NCBI GenBank assembly: GCA_902789325.1
Contig: CADANN010000001.1
Coordinates: 38,024 to 102,023 of the forward strand
Reading direction: 5' to 3'
DNA length: 64,000 nucleotides
Source of the DNA: an uncultured Spirochaetaceae bacterium
GTDB lineage: Bacteria; Spirochaetota; Spirochaetia; Treponematales; Treponemataceae
Below, one piece after another: positions 1-10,511 of the stretch. Numbering within the stretch: the stretch's first letter is position 1; every line of letters starts with the position of its first letter. Both the position numbers and the translations under genes were made by a program. Under the pieces are notes generated by a model. The model saw nothing but the letters and a program-made list of their open reading frames with translations. It ran no database searches and was not told the DNA's origin.

Positions 1-1005
1 TTGTTGAAGAATAGTTTGCTTTTTATAAACAATGGAACGGGGCTATCTTTTATCAGACAGCCCCGTTTTTTTAACATTTTTTTAGTTTCGCTTATTTTTA
101 TCTTTGCCGCCCATGCTCAAGATGACGGCGTTAATAGAATTATCATCGAAAAAGAAAAGCTTCCGGTTATAGAAAGTCTTTCCCCTTCCCGCGCAAATAC
201 AGTATTAAAAGATTACAACAGCATAGTTGAATCAAACAGTAAACTTATTAGTGCAGGCCGTGAACCGGAATACATGTTTTTTCAATATAAAAACACAGAG
301 CACTTTACATTTCAGGCCTTAGCTGCCCGCTGCTGTATAACTCAGGAAACTCTTGCAACCCTTAATCAAATAGAAAACGCACAGGATGATATTAAGGGAC
401 AGACTTTGATTCTGCCGGTTGTAAGCGGACTTTTTATACCAATTGAACGAGGAATTAATTCTGTTGAGATACTTTTGCAGGAAAATTACAGTACTCAAAC
501 CTTAACAAAAAACACTATATATTATAATATTAATGGAAGGGACTATTTATTCTTGTGCGGAAAACGCTTTACACCTACTGAGCGCGCATACTTTCTTGAT
601 TCTGCACTTAGACTTCCTCTGGACAGCGATTCTTTCTGGGTATCATCTGAATTTGGAAAAAGAAAAAATCCGTTCTCTGGAGAAATGAAAAATCATAATG
701 GAATAGACCTTGCCGCCGCAGAAGGAACTCCAGTCTACGCAATTAAAGACGGAGCTGTTTATGCCGCAATTGAAAACGACGCTGAATTTGGTAACTATAT
801 TATTCTAAGTCACGACCAGGGAAAGATGACCAGCGTTTATGCTCATCTTTCAAAAATCAGACCGGAACGATATCAGTACGTAAAAAAAGGCGAAGTAATC
901 GGCTATGTAGGCCAGACGGGAATGGCAACTGGACCACATCTGCATTTTGAAATCCGTCAGGGTGGAAAAGCTGAAGACCCGAGAGCACGTTTGAATATAG
1001 AATGA
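1..1005 (+). CDS. LysM-domain / M23-family murein metallopeptidase (start at or just before window edge)
   Basis: ORF track. Hydrophobic signal-like N-terminus, LysM-like segment (FTFQALAARCCITQETLATLNQI), and M23 motifs HNGIDLAA and GPHLHFEIR. Confidence 0.85.
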   Translation: MLKNSLLFINNGTGLSFIRQPRFFNIFLVSLIFIFAAHAQDDGVNRIIIEKEKLPVIESLSPSRANTVLKDYNSIVESNSKLISAGREPEYMFFQYKNTEHFTFQALAARCCITQETLATLNQIENAQDDIKGQTLILPVVSGLFIPIERGINSVEILLQENYSTQTLTKNTIYYNINGRDYLFLCGKRFTPTERAYFLDSALRLPLDSDSFWVSSEFGKRKNPFSGEMKNHNGIDLAAAEGTPVYAIKDGAVYAAIENDAEFGNYIILSHDQGKMTSVYAHLSKIRPERYQYVKKGEVIGYVGQTGMATGPHLHFEIRQGGKAEDPRARLNIE

Positions 1006-2012
1006 AAAAGATAGATTGTGCATTGAATGCGAAAAAAGCTTTAGTTTCTCTTTTAATGTTCTGCGGAATCAGCGGATTTAAATTGCTGTCTGCAGAAAGC
1101 TTTAGAGTAAGTAAAGTTCACGAAGTTTCGGTAGCACAATCCTCTGAATCTGAAGCAGTTGCAAAACTTGGAATCAACGAAGCACTTGCAATTGCACTTC
1201 CCGCTGATCAGACTTTCATAGAAGGACTGGAGCTTAAATTTGATATTCCGGAAGCAGTTGCCTCATGGATGGATTCAGTAGCCTGCTCGGTTTATGGAAA
1301 CATCAGTCCAACTCCAAAGGCTTCACAGATTGACTACAGCGGAACAAGAGCTTATGTTAGAACGCTTCCTGGTAAGCTTTCGTGGGTACTTCAGATTCCT
1401 CTTAAAGCTGAAAATTCAATTAAATCAAATAATTATACGACAAAGGTTGATTCAGTAATCACTCCTTCAAAAAACATCATCTTTATCCGTCTTCAGCCTG
1501 TTATGAAGGGAGTACCTGAAGAAACTCTTAATTCAGTTGTTCCAATTACTGTAAAACCTATTCTCACAAACAAGGGACAGATTGCCTTTAATCTTGTTCC
1601 GCCAGAAGACAAGCTTGAGCCATGCACTATTTTTATTGATGACAAGATGACTACACTTTCTGCAAACGACAAGATTCTTCTGGATACTGGTGTTCATAAT
1701 ATTTCAATTATTTCTGAATTTTACCGCAATGAAGTTCGTACTGTCCGCGTAGACAAGGCTAAGACAACAGAGCTTACAGTTGTAATGAAAAGTCTCGAAC
1801 CTACCCTTTTGATTACCGCCCCAGAAGGCACAGAAGTGCTTTTGGATGATGTAAAATGCACAACACTGGGCAAGGAATTTGTAATCACAGAGGGTGAACA
1901 TAAAATCAAGTTCACAATTGGGGACTATGAGATTGTACGTTCTATTTCTGCGATTAAGGGCAAAACTTATACCGCAAACTTCTCTCTCGACCTCGATATT
2001 TCAGAAAACTAA
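1002..2012 (+). CDS. secreted hypothetical protein (signal peptide, beta-rich PEGA-like C-terminus)
   Basis: ATGA start/stop overlap with the M23 gene. N-terminal hydrophobic segment. No catalytic motif recognised. Confidence 0.55.
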   Translation: MKKIDCALNAKKALVSLLMFCGISGFKLLSAESFRVSKVHEVSVAQSSESEAVAKLGINEALAIALPADQTFIEGLELKFDIPEAVASWMDSVACSVYGNISPTPKASQIDYSGTRAYVRTLPGKLSWVLQIPLKAENSIKSNNYTTKVDSVITPSKNIIFIRLQPVMKGVPEETLNSVVPITVKPILTNKGQIAFNLVPPEDKLEPCTIFIDDKMTTLSANDKILLDTGVHNISIISEFYRNEVRTVRVDKAKTTELTVVMKSLEPTLLITAPEGTEVLLDDVKCTTLGKEFVITEGEHKIKFTIGDYEIVRSISAIKGKTYTANFSLDLDISEN

Positions 2013-2117
2013 AAATATTTTTTATTTCGATTAAAGATTTCGGGGGGTGAGGTCGATAATAAATATATCGGGAACATTTTCCCCTCCCACCCATGTTCCC
2101 GATTGCCTGATGGGCAT

Positions 2118-2144
2118 GGCTCGGATTCATTCCGAGCCTTTTTT
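2118..2144 (+). terminator. intrinsic terminator after 1002..2012
   Basis: GGCTCGGA-TTCAT-TCCGAGCC followed by TTTTTT. Confidence 0.7.
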
Positions 2145-2166
2145 ATTTTAAATTCACAATTCTTAT

Positions 2167-2329
2167 CTTTGAAAAACAAGAAAAAAGCGGGTCCCAGCGA
2201 CGGGAAAACTGAAAAAGCAATCTCCCAGGGTCCCATGCTTCTTGATTTTGTTTCACAAAATCTCGGCGCAACCCTGGGGCCCTCTTTTTCATTTTCCCTG
2301 CGTCCCACTTTTTTTCTTGTTTTTCAAAG
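2167..2329. repeat. 163-nt imperfect palindrome / long hairpin (candidate structured RNA or MITE-like element)
   Basis: The outer 20 nt, CTTTGAAAAACAAGAAAAAA (2167-2186), are perfectly complementary to 2310-2329. Inner paired blocks are GGGAAAA-TGAAAAAG, CCCAGGGT/ACCCTGG and GATTTTGT/ACAAAATC, with the apex near 2252. Confidence 0.6.
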
Positions 2330-2434
2330 CATTTTCCCGTGTTGTAAAAAAAGTCTCGGTATTCTTTTGGACTTTTCAAGGTTATGAGCCGTTATCTTGT
2401 TCAAGCCTTGTTTTTCTACTATAATAAGTAGGAT

Positions 2435-4975
2435 ATGATGAAAATTAAGAAATCTGGAATTGTTATCATCTCGCTGTTTTTTCTGGGTTCTATTGTCCTG
2501 GGTGCCTTTTTGGGATGGTCTGTTTCTGAAACCCGTAACATTATTAATTCTGAATATATAACTGATTTTGATACTGCTCTGCCTACTAAGCTGCTTGATA
2601 TAAATGGTGAAGTAATTACTGAATTTGCTTCTGACGAAAAACGCGAAATCATTGCTTATAACAAGCTGCCACAACAGATGATTGATGCCTTGATTACCCG
2701 CGAGGATAATGTTTTCTTCTCTCATAATGGTTTTAATCTTAAGGCTATTATGCGTGGTGTTGTTGGTATTCTTACCGGCCGTTCACTTGGTGGTGGTTCT
2801 ACCCTCACACAGCAGATTGCAGGTACTCTTTACTGCGACCGTTCAGATAAATCTGTCGTACGAAAACTCAAAGAGCTCTGGTGGGCCATTCAGATGGAAC
2901 GCCGCTATTCTAAAAACGAAATCCTTGAACTTTATCTTAATAAAATCTATTTTGGTGGTGGTACTTACGGAGTTAATGCCGCTTCAAAATATTACTTTGG
3001 ACACGGTGCTACAGAAATCACTCCGGCAGAAGCTGCAATTCTTGTAATTCAGCTTTCGAATCCGGCTTTCTATAATCCTTTTGATCATCCTAACCGTGCT
3101 ATGGACCGTCAGAAATACGTCTTGACTTCTATGGTTGACGCAGGATTCCTTACTCAGGAAGAAGCTGACGAATCTTTTGAAAACTACTGGGCTAACTTTG
3201 ACTACACACGAACTTCAACTTCTGCATACATGATGCGCGATGACAAGGCTCCATGGTTTTCTGAATATGTTCGCCGCGAACTTTCTGGCATGATTTATGG
3301 ATCTGATGATATTTATACTTCAGGCTTTACAGTAAACACAACACTTAACCTTGCTCATCAGCAGATTGCTCAGCAGGTTATGGAGAAATATATTGCCCAG
3401 GCAAACTCAAGATATAAAAAGGAACATTCTTCAAAAACAGGTGTTGCAACAAATGTCTACGTTCCAATGACAGAAATGCTTGCCCTGCTTTTTGATATTC
3501 CTGAATTGAAGGTTAGCGAGCAGCGCACAGAAATTGTTGCAAATAACACTTATGTAAATCAAATAAATCCAGTTCTTGATGTAGTTTCTATGATGACTGG
3601 AACTGAAAAACTCAAGGTAAATATTGTAAACCGCGCAGTTGCAATTGCAAAGCAGAATGAAGAAAAAACAACTATTGAAGGAACAATGGTTGCTCTCGAT
3701 CACTCAAACGGCTATATCGACGCTCTGGTTGGTGGTAGTAAATTTGATTCTGATAATCAGTTTATCCGCGCAACTCAGGCAAAGGTTCAGCCGGGTTCTA
3801 CTTTCAAACCGCTTTATTATTCAGCTGCAATTGATTCCCGCAAGTTTACCCCTACAACTCAGATTTCCGACAGTATGGTTGTATTCCACACTGCAGACGG
3901 TAAACCATATATTCCATTGAACTTCCGTGGTGAATGGGAAGGAAACGTTTCTCTCTGGTATGCTCTTACCCGTTCTATGAACGTTCCATCTCTTAAGATT
4001 CTTGATGGAATCGGCTTTGAAGCGGCAATTGACCGCGCATCAAAACTGCTTGGTATTCCACAGAATGAACTTGAATCACGAAGCTTTGTTCCTGTTTATC
4101 CACTTGGTCTTGGTGTATGTTCAGTTCGTCCTATTGAAATGGCACGCGCATATGCTATATTTGCTAATGGTGGTAAAGAGATTACTCCAATGGCAATCCG
4201 CACTGTTGAAGATAAGAATGGAAATGTAATTTTGAATCCTGAACTTGATATCCGAAAGGAACAGGTTGCTAAGGGAGAAAAGATTCAGGTTATTTCTCCA
4301 CAGACTTCTTTTGTAATGATTAAGTTACTCGAACAGACTGTAAATAACGGTGGTACACTTGCCGCTCAGAAATGGCATTTTGATTACCGCGATGCAAACG
4401 GAAACCGCTATACAATGCCAGCCGGTGGTAAAACTGGTACCACACAGAACTGGGCTGATGCATGGACTTGTGGTATTACTCCATATTACGCAGCCGCATT
4501 CTGGTTTGGATTTGATAAGCCTGGTCAGTCTCTTGGTTTGAATATTACTGGTGCAACTCTTGCCGGTTTTGCCTGGGGTGAATATTTTGATAAGATTCAT
4601 GCAGATTTACCACTTAAAAACTGGATTAAACCTCTTGAAGGTGTAATTGAGTGTACAGTTTGTGCAGACAGTGGTATGATTCTTACAGAATCTTGTGAGC
4701 ACTCAACAACTCAGTGGTATCTTGAGGGAACTCAGCCTACAGAAATTTGTCCTATCCACTCAAGCACTTCTAACTCTGTAATTTCGATTATTCGTCTTGA
4801 AAAAGAGATGTATAAGTCGGGTCAGAGAATGAGTTTTGATTTTGACACTACCCCACTCAGTTTTGATTTGAGTGCGCCACTTGCTTCAGAATATGATTCT
4901 GACGAAGAAGATGAAGAAGAAGAGGAAACGGTAGATAGTACATCGAAATTCGATTACAGTTTCTTGATGGAGTAG
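2435..4975 (+). CDS. class A penicillin-binding protein (PBP1A; glycosyltransferase + transpeptidase)
   Basis: 846 aa. N-terminal TM helix, GT51 motifs (EDxxFxxHxG, GGSTLTQQ, RKxxE), transpeptidase motifs STFK and KTGT, and an acidic tail. Confidence 0.95.
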   Translation: MMKIKKSGIVIISLFFLGSIVLGAFLGWSVSETRNIINSEYITDFDTALPTKLLDINGEVITEFASDEKREIIAYNKLPQQMIDALITREDNVFFSHNGFNLKAIMRGVVGILTGRSLGGGSTLTQQIAGTLYCDRSDKSVVRKLKELWWAIQMERRYSKNEILELYLNKIYFGGGTYGVNAASKYYFGHGATEITPAEAAILVIQLSNPAFYNPFDHPNRAMDRQKYVLTSMVDAGFLTQEEADESFENYWANFDYTRTSTSAYMMRDDKAPWFSEYVRRELSGMIYGSDDIYTSGFTVNTTLNLAHQQIAQQVMEKYIAQANSRYKKEHSSKTGVATNVYVPMTEMLALLFDIPELKVSEQRTEIVANNTYVNQINPVLDVVSMMTGTEKLKVNIVNRAVAIAKQNEEKTTIEGTMVALDHSNGYIDALVGGSKFDSDNQFIRATQAKVQPGSTFKPLYYSAAIDSRKFTPTTQISDSMVVFHTADGKPYIPLNFRGEWEGNVSLWYALTRSMNVPSLKILDGIGFEAAIDRASKLLGIPQNELESRSFVPVYPLGLGVCSVRPIEMARAYAIFANGGKEITPMAIRTVEDKNGNVILNPELDIRKEQVAKGEKIQVISPQTSFVMIKLLEQTVNNGGTLAAQKWHFDYRDANGNRYTMPAGGKTGTTQNWADAWTCGITPYYAAAFWFGFDKPGQSLGLNITGATLAGFAWGEYFDKIHADLPLKNWIKPLEGVIECTVCADSGMILTESCEHSTTQWYLEGTQPTEICPIHSSTSNSVISIIRLEKEMYKSGQRMSFDFDTTPLSFDLSAPLASEYDSDEEDEEEEETVDSTSKFDYSFLME

Positions 4976-5100
4976 CCTAAAATCGAAAATCCGTTAAAAA
5001 CTGAGCTGCGACAGCGGGTCAGTTTAGGATTATCGAAAAAACGGCTCAAGCAGCGAGACTATGCGAGCTGCCTAACGGCGAAAAGAAATCGGAGGTTTTT

Positions 5101-5499
5101 ATGTTAGTTCAAATCAAAGATATCAAAATCAAAAAGCGGGTCCGAAAGGATCTGGGAAATCTTGAAAACCTCAAAGACAGTATGAAAATCTACGGCCTTA
5201 TGAATCCTATTACCCTCAACAGCCGTTACGAACTTATTGCTGGAGAACGCCGTCTCCAATCTGCAATTCAGCTTGGCTGGACCAGCATAAACGCAAACAT
5301 CATAGATAATCTTTCTGAAGTTGAACAACTGGAAATGGAAATCGAAGAAAATAATCAGCGAAAGGAATTTACAGACGCCGAATTGCTCGAAGGTTACAAG
5401 AGACTTCAGCGACTTCGAAATCCAAACTTCTTTTACAGAATCTATCTTTTCTTTAAGCGTCTTTTCCAGAAGATTGCAGACTTTTTTGCAAAAAAATGA
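5101..5499 (+). CDS. small ParB/sulfiredoxin-like N-terminal domain protein
   Basis: 132 aa with a ParB-box-like NPITL...LIAGERRLQSA motif. There is no full ParB HTH or dimerisation region. Confidence 0.6.
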   Translation: MLVQIKDIKIKKRVRKDLGNLENLKDSMKIYGLMNPITLNSRYELIAGERRLQSAIQLGWTSINANIIDNLSEVEQLEMEIEENNQRKEFTDAELLEGYKRLQRLRNPNFFYRIYLFFKRLFQKIADFFAKK

Positions 5500-6014
5500 A
5501 ACGTACAATAAAATTAGCACTTGTTGCATTCACTCTTCTTTTCTGTTTTACAACTAAAATCTTCGCACTTGGAGCTGGAGCACAGATTGGTGGTGTACCA
5601 GGTCTTTTAATCAATCAGGATGATATCAGCCTGGAAAATATGACTGCCAATGTAACCGGAACCTTAAGGATGGAACGTGTTCCACTTACAGTTGGAAGTG
5701 GCCTTGAGTTCGGTAAAATCTATTCTGATTCTGTTTTCGGCTTTTCTTTATTTGCAGATTATCGAACTATTGATGTTCAGTTGATGAATACCTGGAGCTT
5801 TTATTCCGGCTTTGGTGCAACTGTAAAGTTTTTGACCAATGATTTTGCAGACTGGAGCATTGCAACCGGAGCAAGATTTTTTGCCGGAATGAACTGGCTT
5901 TTTTACGACGGATACCTTGAGTTCTATGTTCAGCAGAATGTGGTTCCGACGTATTTAAACAGTGACTTTATACTTAGTTTGCCGCTTGAGACTGGCGTGC
6001 GAATGCACTTTTAA
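5496..6014 (+). CDS. putative small outer-membrane beta-barrel protein
   Basis: Signal peptide, alternating Gly/aromatic beta-strand pattern and C-terminal Phe. ATGA overlap with the ParB-like gene. Confidence 0.5.
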   Translation: MKRTIKLALVAFTLLFCFTTKIFALGAGAQIGGVPGLLINQDDISLENMTANVTGTLRMERVPLTVGSGLEFGKIYSDSVFGFSLFADYRTIDVQLMNTWSFYSGFGATVKFLTNDFADWSIATGARFFAGMNWLFYDGYLEFYVQQNVVPTYLNSDFILSLPLETGVRMHF

Positions 6015-6882
6015 TAAAGCCAATAGCAGCGTTTACTTCTTCTTCCAGCTTCCAAGGTGCGTTTAGTACCAGCATTCCACTACCATAAAGTCGCGGCGGA
6101 TTTTTGCCTTCACTTGCACGGAACTCGTCGAGACTCACTTCTTTGTGTTCTGCTTTATCAAAAACTTCCAGACGCAAATCTGCAATTTCTATATTTGAAT
6201 TGAGAGCGCGGGCACCTTCGGTAATTCTATCAAGCATTGCTTCAATTTCGCCCTCGCGGTGAACAAGCAACGGATACCACAACATTATAATTCCGTTAGT
6301 CCATTTTTTATGCACAGCACAGATTGTATCAGCGGCATCAATATAATCAGAAGTTTCTTCATAACTTGGATCGATAAGAACTGCTCCGCGTTTTGTAACA
6401 GGAGGAGTAAGGGCCGTAAGCATTTCCCATCCATTACGATTGTGGATTTTTATTGACGGTAAGTTTTTGTTTTCACAAGGCCTTTTCATATTCGCCCGCA
6501 GATTTTCAATTTCCTGTGGATGAAGCTCTGAAAGAATCAAAGTATCCTGAGAGCGCATAAAAGAACGTTCAATTTCTGGTGAGCCCGGATAACGAGAATC
6601 ATCAATATAAGTTTTTACAAAATCAAGATAAAATTTAAGAAGTAATGGCAACTGATTTTCATTACCACACTCCCCTTGCAAAGCCATAATTCCTCTTCCA
6701 GCTTCGCCAGTTTTTAGGCTGCGACCATCTGTTAAATCATAAAGACCACTTGCTGCATGAGTATCAAAAAAAGTATAAGGCTTTTCTTTTTTATTCAATG
6801 AATTCAAAACATGTATTAAAACACAGTGCTTGAGAATATCTGCATGATTGCCTGCATGAAAAATGTGCTGATATGAGAGCAT
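5974..6882 (-). CDS. rlmJ: 23S rRNA (adenine2030-N6)-methyltransferase
   Basis: The N-terminus MLSYQHIFHAGNHADILKH is typical of RlmJ. I trimmed the ORF-track start to the second Met. Confidence 0.85.
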   Translation of the reverse strand: MLSYQHIFHAGNHADILKHCVLIHVLNSLNKKEKPYTFFDTHAASGLYDLTDGRSLKTGEAGRGIMALQGECGNENQLPLLLKFYLDFVKTYIDDSRYPGSPEIERSFMRSQDTLILSELHPQEIENLRANMKRPCENKNLPSIKIHNRNGWEMLTALTPPVTKRGAVLIDPSYEETSDYIDAADTICAVHKKWTNGIIMLWYPLLVHREGEIEAMLDRITEGARALNSNIEIADLRLEVFDKAEHKEVSLDEFRASEGKNPPRLYGSGMLVLNAPWKLEEEVNAAIGFIKSAFARQSQAAN

Positions 6883-6956
6883 GCTGCATAATATCACAAA
6901 TATTGAGAAAAAAGAAGAGAATAATTATAATTGCAAAAACAGGAAGGTAAATAGAA

Positions 6957-7850
6957 ATGATTATCAAAATTGAAAATGATGCATTTTCTGCAGAAATAAA
7001 CACAAAAGGTGCAGAACTCCAGAATCTTATCAGAAAAAATGATGGAATGGATGTTATCTGGCATGGAGATAAATCTGTATGGGGAAATCATGCGCCTCTT
7101 CTTTTTCCATACGTAGCGCGCTGTCTTGGCGGCTATTTTATGATTGAAGGAACAAAATGTGAATATACCCGCAATCACGGTTTTGCGCGTGACCTTGAAC
7201 ACAAGCTTATTAAGCAGACAGCAGACAGTGCAGTTTTTGAACTTACTCAAAGCGAAGACACACTTTACAGATTCCCATATGCATTCAGCTTTATTACAGA
7301 ATACAAGCTGTCAGATAAAGGCATTAACTGGAAAATTACAGTAAAGAACACTGGTGATAAAGCATTCCGTTTTGGAACAGGAACTCATGCAGCATTTGAC
7401 TTCAATGGAGGCGCTGCAGAAGATTTTGTTGTTGAGTTTGAAAAGAAAACTCCATTAACTGCTGTTGTCACAAATCCAGACTGCTATCTTGCAGCAGATG
7501 AAAACGGTAAAGCACCATATACAAAAGCTTACGGTGAAAAAGAAACTGGCTTTGTTCCAGTAACTTCTGAAGGCTTTGGAAACGGACACTTATTCCTGAA
7601 TAATGATTCAGAATGGGTTGGCCTCAAAAACAAAAAGACCGGCTCAATTATAAAAATCCAGACAAAGGGCTTCCCATATGTAATGATATGGCAGAATACA
7701 GCAGGCGCTCCTCAGTTTGTTTGTATTGAACCATGGCACGGACTTCCTGATGCAGAAAACACAGATCATCTCTGGCAGAACAAAGCTGGAATGAATGATC
7801 TGCCCGCAGGAAAAGAATTCAGCTGCGAGCAGAATATCTGGGTAGATTAA
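6957..7850 (+). CDS. aldose 1-epimerase (galactose mutarotase-like) family protein
   Basis: 297 aa. Mutarotase-fold signature: HGFAR, multiple conserved His/Glu, EPW...P near the C-terminus. Confidence 0.75.
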   Translation: MIIKIENDAFSAEINTKGAELQNLIRKNDGMDVIWHGDKSVWGNHAPLLFPYVARCLGGYFMIEGTKCEYTRNHGFARDLEHKLIKQTADSAVFELTQSEDTLYRFPYAFSFITEYKLSDKGINWKITVKNTGDKAFRFGTGTHAAFDFNGGAAEDFVVEFEKKTPLTAVVTNPDCYLAADENGKAPYTKAYGEKETGFVPVTSEGFGNGHLFLNNDSEWVGLKNKKTGSIIKIQTKGFPYVMIWQNTAGAPQFVCIEPWHGLPDAENTDHLWQNKAGMNDLPAGKEFSCEQNIWVD

Positions 7851-7864
7851 ACTTCGGACCTGAC

Positions 7865-10450
7865 TTATTTTGTAAAAATCAATTTGCCGTCAGCAGAGCG
7901 GACTTTTATTGTGTCACCGTCTAAGACAGTGCCGGCTAAGAGTTCGCGGGCAAGTGTATTTTCTACATAATTCTGGATAGCTCGCTTTACAGGGCGGGCA
8001 CCCATCGTAGGGTCGTAGCCTTTTTCACAAAGGAAATCCATTGCGCTCTGGTCAAAGTCCAGAGTGATTTTGCGGTCTGCAAGACGGGCTTGAACACGTT
8101 CCAGCTGCAACTTGATAATAGAAGCAATGTGCTCTTTTCCGAGCTGCTGAAACATAACAATTTCGTCTATACGATTGAGGAACTCTGGACGGAAAGTCTG
8201 GCGAAGCATTACGTTTAACTGATCACGCAAGCCTGCCTGTTTTTCCGGCGTATCTGCCTCAAGAATCAAATCACTTCCAAGATTACTTGTCATAATGATG
8301 ATAGTGTTTTTAAAGTCTACAACACGGCCCTGCCCGTCTGTAAGTCGACCATCATCAAGAACCTGAAGCAGTACATTGAAAACATCCGGGTGAGCTTTTT
8401 CAACTTCATCAAAAAGAATTACACTGTATGGACGGCGGCGAACTGCTTCTGTAAGCTGTCCACCTTCATCATAACCAACGTATCCTGGAGGCGCTCCAAT
8501 AAGACGAGTGACGCTGAACTTTTCCATGTATTCCGACATATCAATTCGGGTAAGAGCCTTTTCATCATTGAAGAGGAAATCAGCAAGAGTTTTTGCAAGT
8601 TCTGTTTTACCAACACCTGTAGGACCAATGAACATAAAAGAACCGAGCGGTCGGTTCGGATCATTAAGTCCACTGCGGTTTCGGCGGATAGCATCGCTTA
8701 CAACATTTACTGCTTCATCCTGACCAACAACACGTTTATGAAGAACGTTTTCCAGTTCAAGATATTTCTGTTTTTCACCAGTCATCATCTTGGCTACAGG
8801 AATACCAGTCCAGGTTGAAACAACCTTTGCAATATCTTCTTCTGTAACAGACTGACGGAGCAAGGAATCGCGGCCGCCTTCTGCACGTTCCTTTTCAGCG
8901 GCAAGAGCGGCATCGAGTTCTTTCTGCAAAGCTGGAATTGTAGAATATTTTAATTCTGCTGCCTTTTCGAGATTTCCTTCGCGGGTAAATTTTTCTTCCT
9001 CAAAACGAGCTGATTCGAGCTGCTCTTTTACCTTGCGGGATTTATCGATACTTTCCTTTTCGTTCTGCCACTGAAGTTTCATAGCATCGCGGCGGGAAGT
9101 AATTTCTGAAAGTTCTTTTTCGAGTTTTGAGAGACGCTCTTTACTTGCTTCATCATCTTCCTTGCTCAAAGACTGCTTTTCAATCTGAAGCTGAAGCATC
9201 TTTCTTTCAACCTGATCCAATTCGGTAGGCTGACTTTCAATTTCCATTTTGAGACGGCTTGCAGCTTCATCAACAAGGTCAATTGCCTTATCCGGCATAA
9301 AGCGGGAAGTAATATATCTGTTAGATAAAGTTGCAGCGGCAACGAGAGCTTCATCTTCAATGCGGACACCGTGATGGATTTCATATTTTTCTCGAAGTCC
9401 ACGCAGAATGGCAATAGTATCTTCTACGCTTGGCTCGGCACAATAAACCTGCTGGAAGCGGCGTTCAAGAGCAGCATCTTTTTCAATATACTTGCGGTAT
9501 TCATCAAGAGTTGTGGCACCAATTGCACGGAGTTCACCGCGAGCAAGAGCAGGCTTTAAAAGATTGGAAGCATCCATACTGCCTTCGCTTGCACCAGCGC
9601 CAACAAGAGTATGAAGTTCATCAATAAAGAGAATAATCTGACCTTCACTCTTTGTTACTTCTGTAATAAGGGCTTTAAGGCGCTCTTCAAACTCACCTCG
9701 GAACTTTGCACCTGCAACAAGGGAGCCAAGATCCAGTGCGAGAAGTCGTTTGTTTTTTAGTGATTCAGGTACATCACCACTTGCAATTCGACGAGCAAGG
9801 CCTTCTACAATGGCGGTTTTACCAACACCAGGCTCACCAATAATTACAGGGTTATTTTTTGTACGACGGCAGAGAACTTGCATAACACGACGGATTTCTT
9901 CATCACGGCCAATTACCGGGTCAATTTTATCCTGACGGGCAGCGGCTGTTAAGTCACGGCAGTACTTTTCGAGGCTACGAGTTTTAGCTTCAGGATCGTT
10001 CGAGTCAACCGTCTGATTTCCACGAACAGATTTCAATGCCTCAACCACAGCCTTATGATTAATTCCACTACGTCGCAGTAAATCTCCCGTGCGGTCATCT
10101 GCCTCGCTCATAGCAAGCAGAAGGTGCTCCGTAGAAAGGTACTGGTCGTGCAAAGCACTCATCTCGTTTTCAGCTTTAGCAAGCACCTTCTGCATTGGGC
10201 CAGAAAAATAAACCTGAGCCGCGCCCGATACTTTTGGATTCGACGCAACGAGTTCTTTTACTTTCTTTATGAGTTCTATCGAAGGAACGCCAATACGTTC
10301 CACAATTGGAGACACAAGGCCATCCTGCTGCTCAAGGAGAGCTTCAAGGACATGCTCGGTTCCTATTTCTGAGTTATCGTTTTTGTTAGCGATTGAAGAA
10401 GCTTCCTGCAAAGCCTCTTGAGTTTTGATTGTAAAATTTTCGTAATTCAT
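7865..10450 (-). CDS. clpB: ATP-dependent chaperone/disaggregase ClpB
   Basis: Clp N domain, two AAA+ modules ([16 protein letters not shown]) and a long coiled-coil M domain. The start MNYENF follows a GAAGGTGA RBS. Confidence 0.97.
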   Translation of the reverse strand: MNYENFTIKTQEALQEASSIANKNDNSEIGTEHVLEALLEQQDGLVSPIVERIGVPSIELIKKVKELVASNPKVSGAAQVYFSGPMQKVLAKAENEMSALHDQYLSTEHLLLAMSEADDRTGDLLRRSGINHKAVVEALKSVRGNQTVDSNDPEAKTRSLEKYCRDLTAAARQDKIDPVIGRDEEIRRVMQVLCRRTKNNPVIIGEPGVGKTAIVEGLARRIASGDVPESLKNKRLLALDLGSLVAGAKFRGEFEERLKALITEVTKSEGQIILFIDELHTLVGAGASEGSMDASNLLKPALARGELRAIGATTLDEYRKYIEKDAALERRFQQVYCAEPSVEDTIAILRGLREKYEIHHGVRIEDEALVAAATLSNRYITSRFMPDKAIDLVDEAASRLKMEIESQPTELDQVERKMLQLQIEKQSLSKEDDEASKERLSKLEKELSEITSRRDAMKLQWQNEKESIDKSRKVKEQLESARFEEEKFTREGNLEKAAELKYSTIPALQKELDAALAAEKERAEGGRDSLLRQSVTEEDIAKVVSTWTGIPVAKMMTGEKQKYLELENVLHKRVVGQDEAVNVVSDAIRRNRSGLNDPNRPLGSFMFIGPTGVGKTELAKTLADFLFNDEKALTRIDMSEYMEKFSVTRLIGAPPGYVGYDEGGQLTEAVRRRPYSVILFDEVEKAHPDVFNVLLQVLDDGRLTDGQGRVVDFKNTIIIMTSNLGSDLILEADTPEKQAGLRDQLNVMLRQTFRPEFLNRIDEIVMFQQLGKEHIASIIKLQLERVQARLADRKITLDFDQSAMDFLCEKGYDPTMGARPVKRAIQNYVENTLARELLAGTVLDGDTIKVRSADGKLIFTK

Positions 10451-10511
10451 AATCATCACCTTCAATTATAAAATAATAATGAAAGTGATGATTCGGCAAG
10501 TTTTTTGAAAA

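Noticed and set aside
2009-2725. Several 60-133-aa ORFs on both strands in the 2.0-2.7 kb region.
   Set aside because: They mirror each other across the 163-nt palindrome or overlap the start of PBP1A. Their composition is A/T-run driven (Lys/Phe-rich) and no RBS is present.
4976-5100. The intergenic region upstream of the ParB-like gene, as a parS site or structured RNA. It contains loosely repeated ATCGAAAA…GAGCTGC segments.
   Set aside because: There is no match to the parS consensus (TGTTTCACGTGAAACA). The repeats are short and degenerate and I could not define a convincing fold by eye.
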